From assembly GCA_019745415.1 (NCBI GenBank), contig JAIETF010000009.1, positions 64,503-128,502 on the forward strand: a stretch of 64,000 nucleotides of DNA, given 5' to 3'. A model generated the notes under the pieces. It made no database searches. It was given only the letters and a program-made list of their open reading frames with translations, and was not told where the DNA came from. The translations under genes and the position numbers were made by a program. Every line of letters starts with the position of its first letter. Position 1 is the stretch's first letter. Positions 44,677 to 53,844 of the stretch are shown piece by piece. This DNA is from Candidatus Obscuribacterales bacterium. Lineage in GTDB: Bacteria > Cyanobacteriota > Vampirovibrionia > Obscuribacterales > Obscuribacteraceae.

Positions 44677-46428
44677 ATGCAGCATATTAAGACAGAGGCT
44701 AGCAGATCACAAAAAGAAATATTTAAGAGGGAAGGACCATGCTCTAGAATTCAAATACTCTTTGGAAAGGACTTTTGCTTGAGCGCCCACTTGCAGCAAA
44801 GTGAGGACAATAACCGCCTCTACCTGCCGGCTTTGCTGGTCGGTGTAGTCTTTGCCCTGCTTTTGGCACTCTGGTGGAGCCTAGACCACAGCTATCCTAT
44901 TTGGGATGCCGGCTCGCACTTTCAAGACGCCATCAAATACGCCGAGTTGATTCGCCACCCTAAGCTTTTGAACGGCAAATTCTGGCAGGAATTCCTCACA
45001 GTCAACTTCAACTACCCCCTCACCCAGCACTTTATTTACGGGCTTTCAAAAGCATTGTTCGGCTGCGGCAGATTTTCGGATGCTCTAGTCAATCTTTTAT
45101 TCTCGCTTACTCTTTCAATAGCGCTTGCTCTTTTGACAAAATTCTGCGGCGGCTCAAAAAAGGCCATGGCCCTTTCAATTGCCCTGATCAATTTCTATCC
45201 GGCCACAATTCAGTTCAGCCACAGCCAGATGCTAGATTTCGGACATCTGGCCCTTTCGGCTTTAGCATTGGCGGCACTGGCAGCTTTTCAGCAAAAACAA
45301 AACGGCAAAACTTTTCTTTTTTTAGCTTTGGCTCTTGCCTTAGGGGCAACGGCAAAACAGGCAGCGGCAGTCTTTCTGGTTGCCCCATCTCTTTTTCTTT
45401 TGCTTTATTTTTTTAAGCAAGGGAACTGGCGGGCAGTGGCCGGTCTTGCCACCGCCGGCGGCATCACCGCTCTGGCGCTTCTTTTATGGATTTTGCCCAA
45501 TTATAAGGCCCTAAAAGAGTGGCGCGACTATTACCAGCCTCAAACCGGCGCCTCATTGGGAGCAGCCGGGCAGGCACCGGTATTCTTCGAACATTTGAGA
45601 CTTTACCTGGAAGGGCTCGTCGGACTAATGTCGCCTCTTTTGCTCGGTCTCTTTCTTATTGCACTGGCAGTCAGTTTTAGACGGTTCAAGAAACGCAGCC
45701 TGGTGGAAAATCTGCTCCTTATTAGCGCCGTCAGTGGTATTCCTCTTATGTCTATCTTGGCGATGAACAATGCTGAGGCTCGCTATGTCATGCCGGTTCT
45801 CACATGGGCAGCCGTGCAGTCGGCCCTCCTCCTCGAAACACTGCTAGAGAAAGGCAAACTTACTAGTCTGCTTGCTGCCTGCACAATCGCTCTAGCTTTC
45901 ACTCAGTACGCGGTGCTCTCATTTAGTCCTTATCCGCTCGCCCTGGGCAAAGAGCTAACGGCTGCCGTAAAAAAATTGGCCATGGCCGAATTTGATTTCA
46001 CAGGTCCACCTTTTTCACCAAGCCCGCCCGATGATCCCTGGGGACAGCACTGGCTTATTGAAAATATCGAGAAAGACGCCGCCGGCAAGCCTGTTTTTCT
46101 AAACTTGTTGCCTAGCACCAGAGAACTGAGCGTGCACACACTGACAGTGGCCTTCAAGCTCGAAAGCAAACAGCCGGTTGCCATCTCGACTTTCAGACGC
46201 TTTACCCTAAATGGAGATGTCTTTGAATACAGCCCGGAACAACTGGCTTTTTATCAATACTATTTAGTGAAAGACGGCTATAACGGCAAACCGCTGCTAG
46301 ATGAGAGCAGCAGTAAAAACTGGAAAACACTGCTCGAAACTCTCATCGACAAGCAAAAATATGTTGAACTGGGGCGCAAAACAGTAAGCGACGGCAGCGT
46401 AATGCGACTCTACAAGCGCATTTTCTAG
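44677..46428 (+). CDS. Large polytopic membrane protein, GT-C-fold (ArnT/PMT-like) glycosyltransferase candidate
   Basis: At least ten TM helices followed by a soluble C-terminal domain of about 170 aa. This is an architecture-level call only. ATG at 44677 avoids overlap with the divergent gene. Confidence 0.45.
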   Translation: MQHIKTEASRSQKEIFKREGPCSRIQILFGKDFCLSAHLQQSEDNNRLYLPALLVGVVFALLLALWWSLDHSYPIWDAGSHFQDAIKYAELIRHPKLLNGKFWQEFLTVNFNYPLTQHFIYGLSKALFGCGRFSDALVNLLFSLTLSIALALLTKFCGGSKKAMALSIALINFYPATIQFSHSQMLDFGHLALSALALAALAAFQQKQNGKTFLFLALALALGATAKQAAAVFLVAPSLFLLLYFFKQGNWRAVAGLATAGGITALALLLWILPNYKALKEWRDYYQPQTGASLGAAGQAPVFFEHLRLYLEGLVGLMSPLLLGLFLIALAVSFRRFKKRSLVENLLLISAVSGIPLMSILAMNNAEARYVMPVLTWAAVQSALLLETLLEKGKLTSLLAACTIALAFTQYAVLSFSPYPLALGKELTAAVKKLAMAEFDFTGPPFSPSPPDDPWGQHWLIENIEKDAAGKPVFLNLLPSTRELSVHTLTVAFKLESKQPVAISTFRRFTLNGDVFEYSPEQLAFYQYYLVKDGYNGKPLLDESSSKNWKTLLETLIDKQKYVELGRKTVSDGSVMRLYKRIF

Positions 46429-46439
46429 AGGCAAGACAT

Positions 46440-48322
46440 CTATCTAGTCGCCTCTAGCAGCAAGGTCACTTTATCATCACTGAGACGCTCTTTATCGGCA
46501 TAAGCAGGCAGGGTGGCTAAATCATTGCCGATACCCCAGATGCCTACTTTCAGAGAAGCTGTATTCTCTAGTTCCCGGCTAGAGAGCAGAATCTTATCTT
46601 GATAGAGCGTGCCGGCGGGCAGAAGGTCTTCTCGCCAAGCTCTTTTATAATCTCGACGCTTGTAATATTCATCTTTGGCAGTACGCAATTGCAATGAGAC
46701 AAAACCTTCAAGGCGCTGCTCTTTAAGAGTGCGCCATGTCAGATAGCAAATCGCACCTTCCGGTTTTCTTTCCAGTCTAGAGGCAACCAGTTCCACCTCT
46801 TCACCAAAGCGGGCCGGTCCCGCAGTAGAAACAAGAGAAGAAGCAAGTCTTGAGTCTGCATTATTCTGCTCTGCACTAACTTTCGCCACTGCGCTCTGTC
46901 CAAAATGTATAAAAAGAAGAAGAGCGGCAATGAACAAGCAATCCAGTGCCAAAAAGCAACGATTAAACCAAGCGAGGCGAGGAATTTGCCAAACCGGCTT
47001 CTTTGTTTTCCAGTAAGAAACAATTGCTTGGCGACAAGGACATTCGACGAAAACATAGAGTAAGTGACTGGCAGCGAGAACAGCTGCAGCATAAAGTGTT
47101 ATGGGCAGCCAACCTTCGTAGGTGGCAAAATGATTGTAGTAATAGTACAAGAGCAAGCGGTGCACAAGATAAACCGAAAAGCTAATCTCGCCCAAATATA
47201 CTAAGAGAGGCAAACTCAAGGCACGGCTCAGCCAGCCTCGATTGAGGGCAAAAACCACAATCGTCAAAGCGAAGGCTGGAGCGACAGTACCGGCATGATA
47301 TAGCCAGGTAAAGAGAGGGGCTTGGGCGGCAGTTTGGAAAGTGAGCAAAGCCGATAAATAATGGGCGATACGCTCGCTATAGAACGCACTTGTAATGGCT
47401 GCGGCAACTGCTACTAATTCAAAAACAGTAAAGAGTAAGGTATCTAGTTTCGCCGGTTTTGCCGCCGACGCCTGCCTGACCTCAAGAAAAGATAGTAAGC
47501 GGTTATGCCGAGCATAAACTCAAAAACACGACAAAGAGGTCCGGCATAGAGGAGTTCATGATAAGAAACCGTGCCGCAAGCCATTTCAGGTAAGTGCAGC
47601 AAGCCGCTGAGAGCCACAAAGAAAGTGACCGAAAGAAGGGTAATGGTCAAATTAGCCAGACGACGTGCGGATAAATTACTCTTCCAAATCAATAGCGGAA
47701 AAACCAGATAGAAGAAAAACTCAGCCGAAAGACTCCAACTGACACTATTGAAAGCAAAGGTAGTATCTAGTAGCGGAATCCAGGCTTGTACCAAGAGGAG
47801 CGAAGCAAGCATGTTCAAAGGACTGTAGTCGGCTTGAAACTTGGCTGGTAGAAGCAGCAGAGTTAAGAGCAAACAGGCGATGTGCAAAGGCCAAATACGA
47901 GCCAGTCGAGCCACTAAGAAGCTGGATACGAGCTGACCCCAAGCCTTCTTTTCAGAGAAAGAAGCACCGACCTTCTGTAATCTGGCGCCGTAAACAAAGC
48001 TCAAGATAAAGCCAGAAAGAACAAAGAAGAAGCTTACCCCCTGGTCGAGGGCAAAGGGTTCTAAGAACTGCGAACCAAGACCGAAATGCCCCTTCATATG
48101 GTGCAAGACAACACAAAGAGCAGCAAAGAAACGCAGCGCCGTCAATGAATCTATCTTATCTGGCTTTATCGACTCACCAGCAGATACAATCGAACCAACT
48201 TGACCAACCACGCCAGTTGGCGAGGCGACACTTTTTTCGACTTCAGCTGTTCCGACCATTAATTCCAGTACCGAACCATTTGAAAAGGTCAGCTTCGAGA
48301 AGACCCAAAGAAAGCCGACCAC
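46440..48322 (-). pseudogene. Acyltransferase family 3 gene with C-terminal extracytoplasmic domain, split by a frameshift near 47470-47520
   Basis: ORF 47444-48322 carries the AT3 N-terminus (KIDSLTALRFFAALCVVLHH). ORF 46440-47348 carries the AT3 C-terminus (YLGEISFSVYLVHRLL) plus a 170-aa domain. The second frame is already open from 47519 (VYARHNRLLSFLEVRQASAAKPAKLDTLLFTVFELVAVAAAITSAFY...) and so overlaps the end of the first. Confidence 0.6.
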
Positions 48323-48553
48323 TTGGCATGATACAGCTTGTCCGACCAGCTTTCCTTACATAAAGATCAGCCTCAAAAATAAAGGCAAAAGCTGCAGATA
48401 ATAACTAGCTTTACTTATTTGACAAGATTGTCATCAAATATGCATGAAAATAGGGCAATCGTGGCTTAAACTAACTATGGTCGGCTTTGCCGCCCAGCCA
48501 GGCGATGAGCTTGAAAACTTACCAGTTATCCCCGTTAGTAAGCCCAGAATAAG

Positions 48554-50683
48554 ATGCTGCGACCAGGAAAAGGACCAGACCAGGGAAAAATTCGCCTGCC
48601 CAGGCAGACGGCGGCACCGGGCGTGCGCGAATTGCAAGCGCTCTATGAACAGGCAAGAGAGAACCGCGGGCGCGAAGTGGAGCTTATTTGGCAGGTTCCC
48701 GGCACCTATAAAACTTATAGCATTTTGATCAAATTCGACCGGGTCACCCCGCATCCGCTCTGGCAGGTTTGGGAAGACAACGGTAGAGAAACAAAAATGG
48801 TCTGGCGCTTTGAAACTTCAGACATAAACATGCTCTTCGACGTCATTGCCATGCTCGAAGTTACTCACCAAAAAACCACCGGCACGGTACAAACTCTTTC
48901 ACAGAGCCAGACTGGCATGAGCGCGCCCACTCCAAGAGCCACCGGGTCATTCCCAGCCCTGGGACAAACTCCAAGAGCGACCGGCTCCTTCCCGGCTATG
49001 GGCAATAATGGGCAAGCCCAGCGGTCAGGCATTGTAGGCAGCGGCGGCGCCGCCAACTCTGGGGTTTTCGGCACCAGTTCGGGTAATTACCAAAACGCCC
49101 CGCCCCAACAGCAGACAAGCGGCTGGAAGCCGGCAGAAGAAGGCAGCGCCTGGAAAGCCGCCGACCAAGGCACAGCCAGCGGCACCTGGCAAGCGGCGCC
49201 ACAAAACTCCATGCCCGGGCAGGGCATGACAGGCTGGAAACCAGCCGCCGAACCGCCGGTACCAGCGCCCGCCCCCACTGGTCTTAACCCATTGCAAGCA
49301 GCTATGGCCAATCTGGCAGCCGGTCAGCCCCTGCCAAATACACCACCCTTACCGGCCAGCCAAGCTCTTATCAAGGCAGGACAAGCCCCGGCGCCGATGG
49401 CACCGCCGGTTAATCCGCAAGTTTCGCAGCAAGCTTTGCTTGCCGGTACTTCCAATCACGGTATGCCGGAAGGCTCTTTACCAGCAGATTTCTTTTCAGA
49501 TGCACCGGCCACCATAGCCGGAGCGGCGCCTGTTAGAAGTAGCGCCATTGAAGGTCTGATCGAACAAAATCCTCTCAATACAGTGCTCACCAATATTGGT
49601 ATGCAGCAACTGACCGGCAAATTGGAATGCGTGAGCGACACAGCCGTTGCCCATGTCTATTTCGAAAACGGTATACCCAAAGACGCCCAAACCTCGACGA
49701 ACCGGGGCGATGAAGCTATAAAAGAGCTGGTTTTGTGGCGCAAAGGCAATTATCTTTTCAAACAAGGGCTGCGCACCGAAATGTCTTCGGTAGAGCGCAG
49801 TTTACAGACAGTTTTGCTGGAAGGCGTGGCCCTTTTGGACCAGCTCAAGCACCTTGAAAAAGCCGGGCTTGTCTATGAGTCGATTTTGGTGCAAAAGCAG
49901 AAAAATCTAGGCGAGCCGGAGCTCAAGCTCATGCTGTCTAAGGGACATCCCCTTGATTTTCAAACCCAAAAAGTAATTTACGATGCCCTCAGTCACAAGA
50001 AGACTTTCACCGACTTGCTGCGCGACCATCCCATGGAACAAACCCAATGGGCGCCAATCTTATTCAACCTGCTTTATTGCGGGCTGATAGAAATCAAAGC
50101 GCCGGCCGCCACCAGAGGTGGTGCGCTAGACTTTCTTGGCGAAGGCAAGCAAATAATTCAAAACCTGGCCCATCACTTTGTAAGACCAGACACAGGCATT
50201 GTCAGCTTCGAAGCCTTGCTCTATTTCTTAGAATACGAGTATTATCGTTATGAAGCCTATAACTGGCCCCTTTCGATAATTGCTTTCGAAATGAGTCTGC
50301 GCCGCCCCGGCTCTGCCATCGGCGAGACAGAGCCCTTACCTATCCAGGCTCTATCTTCGGCAGCGATGAGAATCGGTCTGGTCAAGCGTCCACTCGATTT
50401 GCTCACTCATTTCCAGGTTAATGAATTCGCCATTCTCATGCCGAACACTAAGGCTTCACAAGCAGCCTTCGTAGCCAATCGCATCCTTGACGCCCTGACC
50501 GTGACACCGCTTTCACCCGGAATCGACCGCGCCAATATTTCGCTATCTTTCGGCATCGCCAATTTGCCCTCCGACGGCGAAGATATCGAAAGCCTGCTGC
50601 AAGCGGCAGAACAAGCCAGATTGGAAGCAAGAGAGGGAACTTTCCCGATTGTCCTGGCTAGAACACTGACCACAAGACTTTAG
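48554..50683 (+). CDS. Multidomain signalling protein: unknown N-domain, Pro/Gln/Gly-rich linker, DUF4388/PATAN-like domain, degenerate GGDEF domain with intact RxxD I-site
   Basis: LTGKLECVSDTAVAHVYFENGIPKDA...GDEAIKELVLWRKGNYLF is DUF4388-like. The C-terminus RPLD-LLTHF-QVNEF-AILMPNT...SLSFGIA...AEQARLEAREG is a GGDEF fold with QVNEF replacing GGDEF. Confidence 0.65.
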   Translation: MLRPGKGPDQGKIRLPRQTAAPGVRELQALYEQARENRGREVELIWQVPGTYKTYSILIKFDRVTPHPLWQVWEDNGRETKMVWRFETSDINMLFDVIAMLEVTHQKTTGTVQTLSQSQTGMSAPTPRATGSFPALGQTPRATGSFPAMGNNGQAQRSGIVGSGGAANSGVFGTSSGNYQNAPPQQQTSGWKPAEEGSAWKAADQGTASGTWQAAPQNSMPGQGMTGWKPAAEPPVPAPAPTGLNPLQAAMANLAAGQPLPNTPPLPASQALIKAGQAPAPMAPPVNPQVSQQALLAGTSNHGMPEGSLPADFFSDAPATIAGAAPVRSSAIEGLIEQNPLNTVLTNIGMQQLTGKLECVSDTAVAHVYFENGIPKDAQTSTNRGDEAIKELVLWRKGNYLFKQGLRTEMSSVERSLQTVLLEGVALLDQLKHLEKAGLVYESILVQKQKNLGEPELKLMLSKGHPLDFQTQKVIYDALSHKKTFTDLLRDHPMEQTQWAPILFNLLYCGLIEIKAPAATRGGALDFLGEGKQIIQNLAHHFVRPDTGIVSFEALLYFLEYEYYRYEAYNWPLSIIAFEMSLRRPGSAIGETEPLPIQALSSAAMRIGLVKRPLDLLTHFQVNEFAILMPNTKASQAAFVANRILDALTVTPLSPGIDRANISLSFGIANLPSDGEDIESLLQAAEQARLEAREGTFPIVLARTLTTRL
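48932..49009 (+). repeat. Imperfect 2 x 39-bp tandem duplication (PRATGSFPA[L/M]G units)
   Basis: ccaagagccaccgggtcattcccagccctgggacaaact / ccaagagcgaccggctccttcccggctatgggcaataat. Confidence 0.6.
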
Positions 50684-50727
50684 AGCGTTCTTTAGAGAGT
50701 TCATGCACTTAAACAGGGAATTCAACG

Positions 50728-51933
50728 GTGTCGGAAGGGCAAACCATACAACTAGGCGATCTTTTGGTGAAAGCAGGGCTTTTGCCGGAAGAGAAGCTTG
50801 ATGAAGCCAGCCGTCTCGCCCTAAAAATGCGCCTGCCCATCGGTCGCATTCTCACCATGCACGGACATGTGAGCGAAGCCATCTTAGCCAAAGCCATAGA
50901 GGTGCAGGCTAGAATTAGAGACCAAGCCATAAGCATCGAACTTGGCATCAAAGCCCTGGCTCTGGTCGCCAGAGAAAATCTAGATATTGACCAGGCAGTG
51001 GAAAAGCTCACCCCAAAAGCCAAGCCTTTGCCGGTACCGACCGAAAATCGTCTCGGCGAAATAATTATGGCCGCCGGCTATGCCACTCCCAAACAAGTAC
51101 AAGAAGCCATGGTACACGCCGCCGAAACAGGGCTGCCACTAGGGATGGTGCTGGTCAGCAAGGGCATCATCACTCGCTCCGGTCTAAACTCCGCTCTCGG
51201 GGCCCAAAGACTGATTAGACTCGGCGAGAACGAAAGAGACAAGATTATCTTCGCCCTGAAAGAAGCTAGACTGCGAGCCAAGAGTTTCAGCGAGACTTTG
51301 CGCAAAAACGCCATAGACCCATCAGTACTAGAGCAAGACTTCGGTGTTGGTGAATTGCTGGTTATGGCCGGTGTACTTTCTGAAAGTCAGCTGCTTACAG
51401 CTAAAGAGCAAGAAGTGGTGGAAGGCACGCCCCTGGAAAAAGCAATCACCAACTGTGGAGCAGCCTCTGAGCCCTGCGTACAAACGGCGAATCAGCTTTT
51501 GAAAATGATCAAAGAAGGCATGCTCTTCGAAAATCAAGCCGCCAACATACTGAAAAAGATTCAGTTTGTTACCTCTTACGATGAGCTGAACAAAGTATTG
51601 GCTTCCATCGATGAAATTCAAGAAGAGATGGACGAAGAAAACGTAGAAGTTGAAATTCCCGAAATTCTCAAAAAAGCCGGTTTGCTCTCTGATAAAGAGC
51701 TGCAAATAGCCACCAATCTCGCTCTTTCAAATCGTCAGCCTTTGCTCAAGACACTTATCGACGCCAAACTGGTCAGTGAACGCAATTTGACCATTGCCAA
51801 CCAGTGCAAGGTCTATTTAGACCATAAGCTGATTCAGCCCAATCAAGCCACAATTGCAATTGTCTACGCCCTAGAAAACAACTTAACTATAGACGAAACC
51901 CTTGATAGTTTCGGCTGGTCGGCACCCGCTTGA
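50728..51933 (+). CDS. Stand-alone protein built from four tandem T2SSE_N / MshEN-like modules (no ATPase domain)
   Basis: Four repeats of the pattern xLGxxLLxxGLLxxxxLxxxLxx-5aa-xLGxxLLxxGxIxxxxLxxALxxQ. Module 2 (51049-51207) is RLGEIIMAAGYATPKQVQEAMVHA-AETGL-PLGMVLVSKGIITRSGLNSALGAQ. GTG start. Confidence 0.65.
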   Translation: MSEGQTIQLGDLLVKAGLLPEEKLDEASRLALKMRLPIGRILTMHGHVSEAILAKAIEVQARIRDQAISIELGIKALALVARENLDIDQAVEKLTPKAKPLPVPTENRLGEIIMAAGYATPKQVQEAMVHAAETGLPLGMVLVSKGIITRSGLNSALGAQRLIRLGENERDKIIFALKEARLRAKSFSETLRKNAIDPSVLEQDFGVGELLVMAGVLSESQLLTAKEQEVVEGTPLEKAITNCGAASEPCVQTANQLLKMIKEGMLFENQAANILKKIQFVTSYDELNKVLASIDEIQEEMDEENVEVEIPEILKKAGLLSDKELQIATNLALSNRQPLLKTLIDAKLVSERNLTIANQCKVYLDHKLIQPNQATIAIVYALENNLTIDETLDSFGWSAPA

Positions 51934-51966
51934 GACAATGTAAATAGTTGAGATTAGCTCAATAGA

Positions 51967-52170
51967 TCAGCTACTAAAATAGAGCCTGGTCAAACTAACC
52001 AGAAAGACTAGGACAAAAGCACAAGCGGCAAGCAAAAACGCAGTCTCTATCAGGCCCGCCTGCGGAATTGATAAGGACGCCGTTTGGCTAAGAAAAGCAC
52101 TGGTCTCAACCAATTGCTCAAAATTACCGCCCTGGATGCCACAAATTGATGCCGACATAAGCGCGCTCAT
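51967..52170 (-). CDS. Small (67 aa) C-terminally anchored membrane protein downstream of the MBOAT gene
   Basis: ATG preceded by GGAAGGGGG. C-terminal TM helix (AFLLAACAFVLVFLVSL), then TRLYFSS. Confidence 0.45.
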   Translation of the reverse strand: MSALMSASICGIQGGNFEQLVETSAFLSQTASLSIPQAGLIETAFLLAACAFVLVFLVSLTRLYFSS

Positions 52171-52288
52171 ATAAGCCCCCTTCCAGATTAATCTAAGAGT
52201 TAGCCAGTTCCTATATATAAGACGTAATTTGCCAACAAAAAGTTCAAAGACGCGAGCAAATTCTTAGATTAATCCTGCGCTTCTAGAG

Positions 52289-53749
52289 CTAGAACTGGAA
52301 GTAAATGAAGGGCGCCGAGTTGTCAGGCTGGAAAGTGACCATAGCTACAATCAACAAGGTGCAAAAGACAGCCTGAACAATGGCTGGAGTGCGTTGGAAG
52401 AAGCGTTTTTCGTTGAGCCAGCTCACTGGTAGGTTGGTGAGCAATAAACCAAGCACCATGATCATTACTATCGGCACAATCACCGGCATTTCCTGACGCA
52501 TAACCAGAAAATGTTCGGGAGCCCCCATGCTGTAAAAGGGACGCATGATCAGCATGCGCTTTACCATCAGAAAAGCAGCATTGATGTCTTGAATACGGAA
52601 GAAGACCCAGCCGATGCAAACCGCATGGAAAGTGAGGAAGAGAGACAAATAGTGCCAGATCTGACCGCCAATCTTGCTCTCGATAAAAGATTTGACACCA
52701 GGAATAGTGGCACGCCAAGCTGCGAATTCACGATGAACGATAAGAGCCAGTCCGTGGAAGACACCCCAAACTACAAAGTTCCAAGAAGCGCCGTGCCAGA
52801 GACCACCAAGAGCCATAGTCAAGAAAAGATTGCGATTGGTCAGCCATCTACCGCCACGCGAACCACCCAAAGGAATGAAGAGATAATCACGCAACCAGGT
52901 CGATAGCGAGACATGCCAGCGGTGCCAGAAATCAGCCATATTGGCGGCGATATAGGGCATGTTGAAGTTGATTGGAATATGATAGCCGAAGAGCAGAGCA
53001 GAACCGCGTCCTACATCTGTATAACCGGAAAAGTCAAAATAAATCTGGAAGGCGAAAGCATAGGCAAAGAGCCATAATTCAGGGCCGCTGTATAGTTCGG
53101 GATGTTCCATGCCCATCTGCACAAAGACCGAAAGATTGTCGGCGAGCAGAAGCTTTTTAGCCAGACCAATGATGATGAGCGGTACACCTTCGTCAAAATA
53201 GCTGAGCTTGACTTTGTTGTCGGCCTGCATCTGGGCGACGAAATCAGGGAAACGCTTGATTGGTCCGGCTATCTGGGTCGGGAAGAAAGCGGCAAACAAA
53301 GCAAAGAGCACGAAAGAATCTATCGGTTTCTTGCCGCGATAGATCTCGAACAAATAGTGAATGAACTCGAAGGTAAAAAAGGAGATGCCCAGCGGCAGAA
53401 TGATATTGAAACTCCAGTGCGGATTTTGCGCACCAAAGAAAGGAAAGAGCGCCCCCACTGAATCGGCAAAGAAATTGGCATATTTGAAGATAGCCAGGAC
53501 GACCAAGTTGATCACTATGCCGGCGCCGAGAATCTTTTTGTTGGTATGGTCTTTGACTAAATATTTGCCCCACAACCAGTTGAACAATGTGAGCGGCACG
53601 ATGAGAGCAAGAAACTGCCAGATGAAGCTTGCATAAAAGTAGTAACTGGCGACAAGCAGCATGGGCAGACGCCAAGCTCTGGGCAAGACCCAGAACAATG
53701 CCACGATGATTGGCAAGAAAACTAAATACTGCAAACTTGTGAAAAGCAT
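52289..53749 (-). CDS. MBOAT-family membrane O-acyltransferase (AlgI/DltB/PatA-like)
   Basis: FWHRWHVSLSTWLRDYLFIPLGGSRGG with the catalytic His context. At least ten TM helices. The C-terminus ends ...SAPFIYFQF. Confidence 0.9.
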   Translation of the reverse strand: MLFTSLQYLVFLPIIVALFWVLPRAWRLPMLLVASYYFYASFIWQFLALIVPLTLFNWLWGKYLVKDHTNKKILGAGIVINLVVLAIFKYANFFADSVGALFPFFGAQNPHWSFNIILPLGISFFTFEFIHYLFEIYRGKKPIDSFVLFALFAAFFPTQIAGPIKRFPDFVAQMQADNKVKLSYFDEGVPLIIIGLAKKLLLADNLSVFVQMGMEHPELYSGPELWLFAYAFAFQIYFDFSGYTDVGRGSALLFGYHIPINFNMPYIAANMADFWHRWHVSLSTWLRDYLFIPLGGSRGGRWLTNRNLFLTMALGGLWHGASWNFVVWGVFHGLALIVHREFAAWRATIPGVKSFIESKIGGQIWHYLSLFLTFHAVCIGWVFFRIQDINAAFLMVKRMLIMRPFYSMGAPEHFLVMRQEMPVIVPIVMIMVLGLLLTNLPVSWLNEKRFFQRTPAIVQAVFCTLLIVAMVTFQPDNSAPFIYFQF

Positions 53750-53844
53750 CTATTGACTCTTCGGTGAGGAATTGGCGTGATAATACCACCCTTCCTCTTT
53801 TCAAGCCCTAAGCCCAGTTAAGCCAGCCAGTCGTAAAACTTTTC

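Noticed and set aside
48865-49765. Cluster of overlapping minus-strand ORFs (60-90 aa), Gly/Ala/Arg/Cys-rich
   Set aside because: Antisense to the GC-rich Pro/Gln/Gly linker of gene 48554-50683. These are typical spurious ORFs in low-complexity GC-rich coding DNA.
52323-53804. Alternative-frame and antisense ORFs (131, 131, 119, 186 aa) across the MBOAT gene
   Set aside because: The MBOAT frame carries the family motifs across its full length. The alternative ORFs have no motifs and implausible composition.
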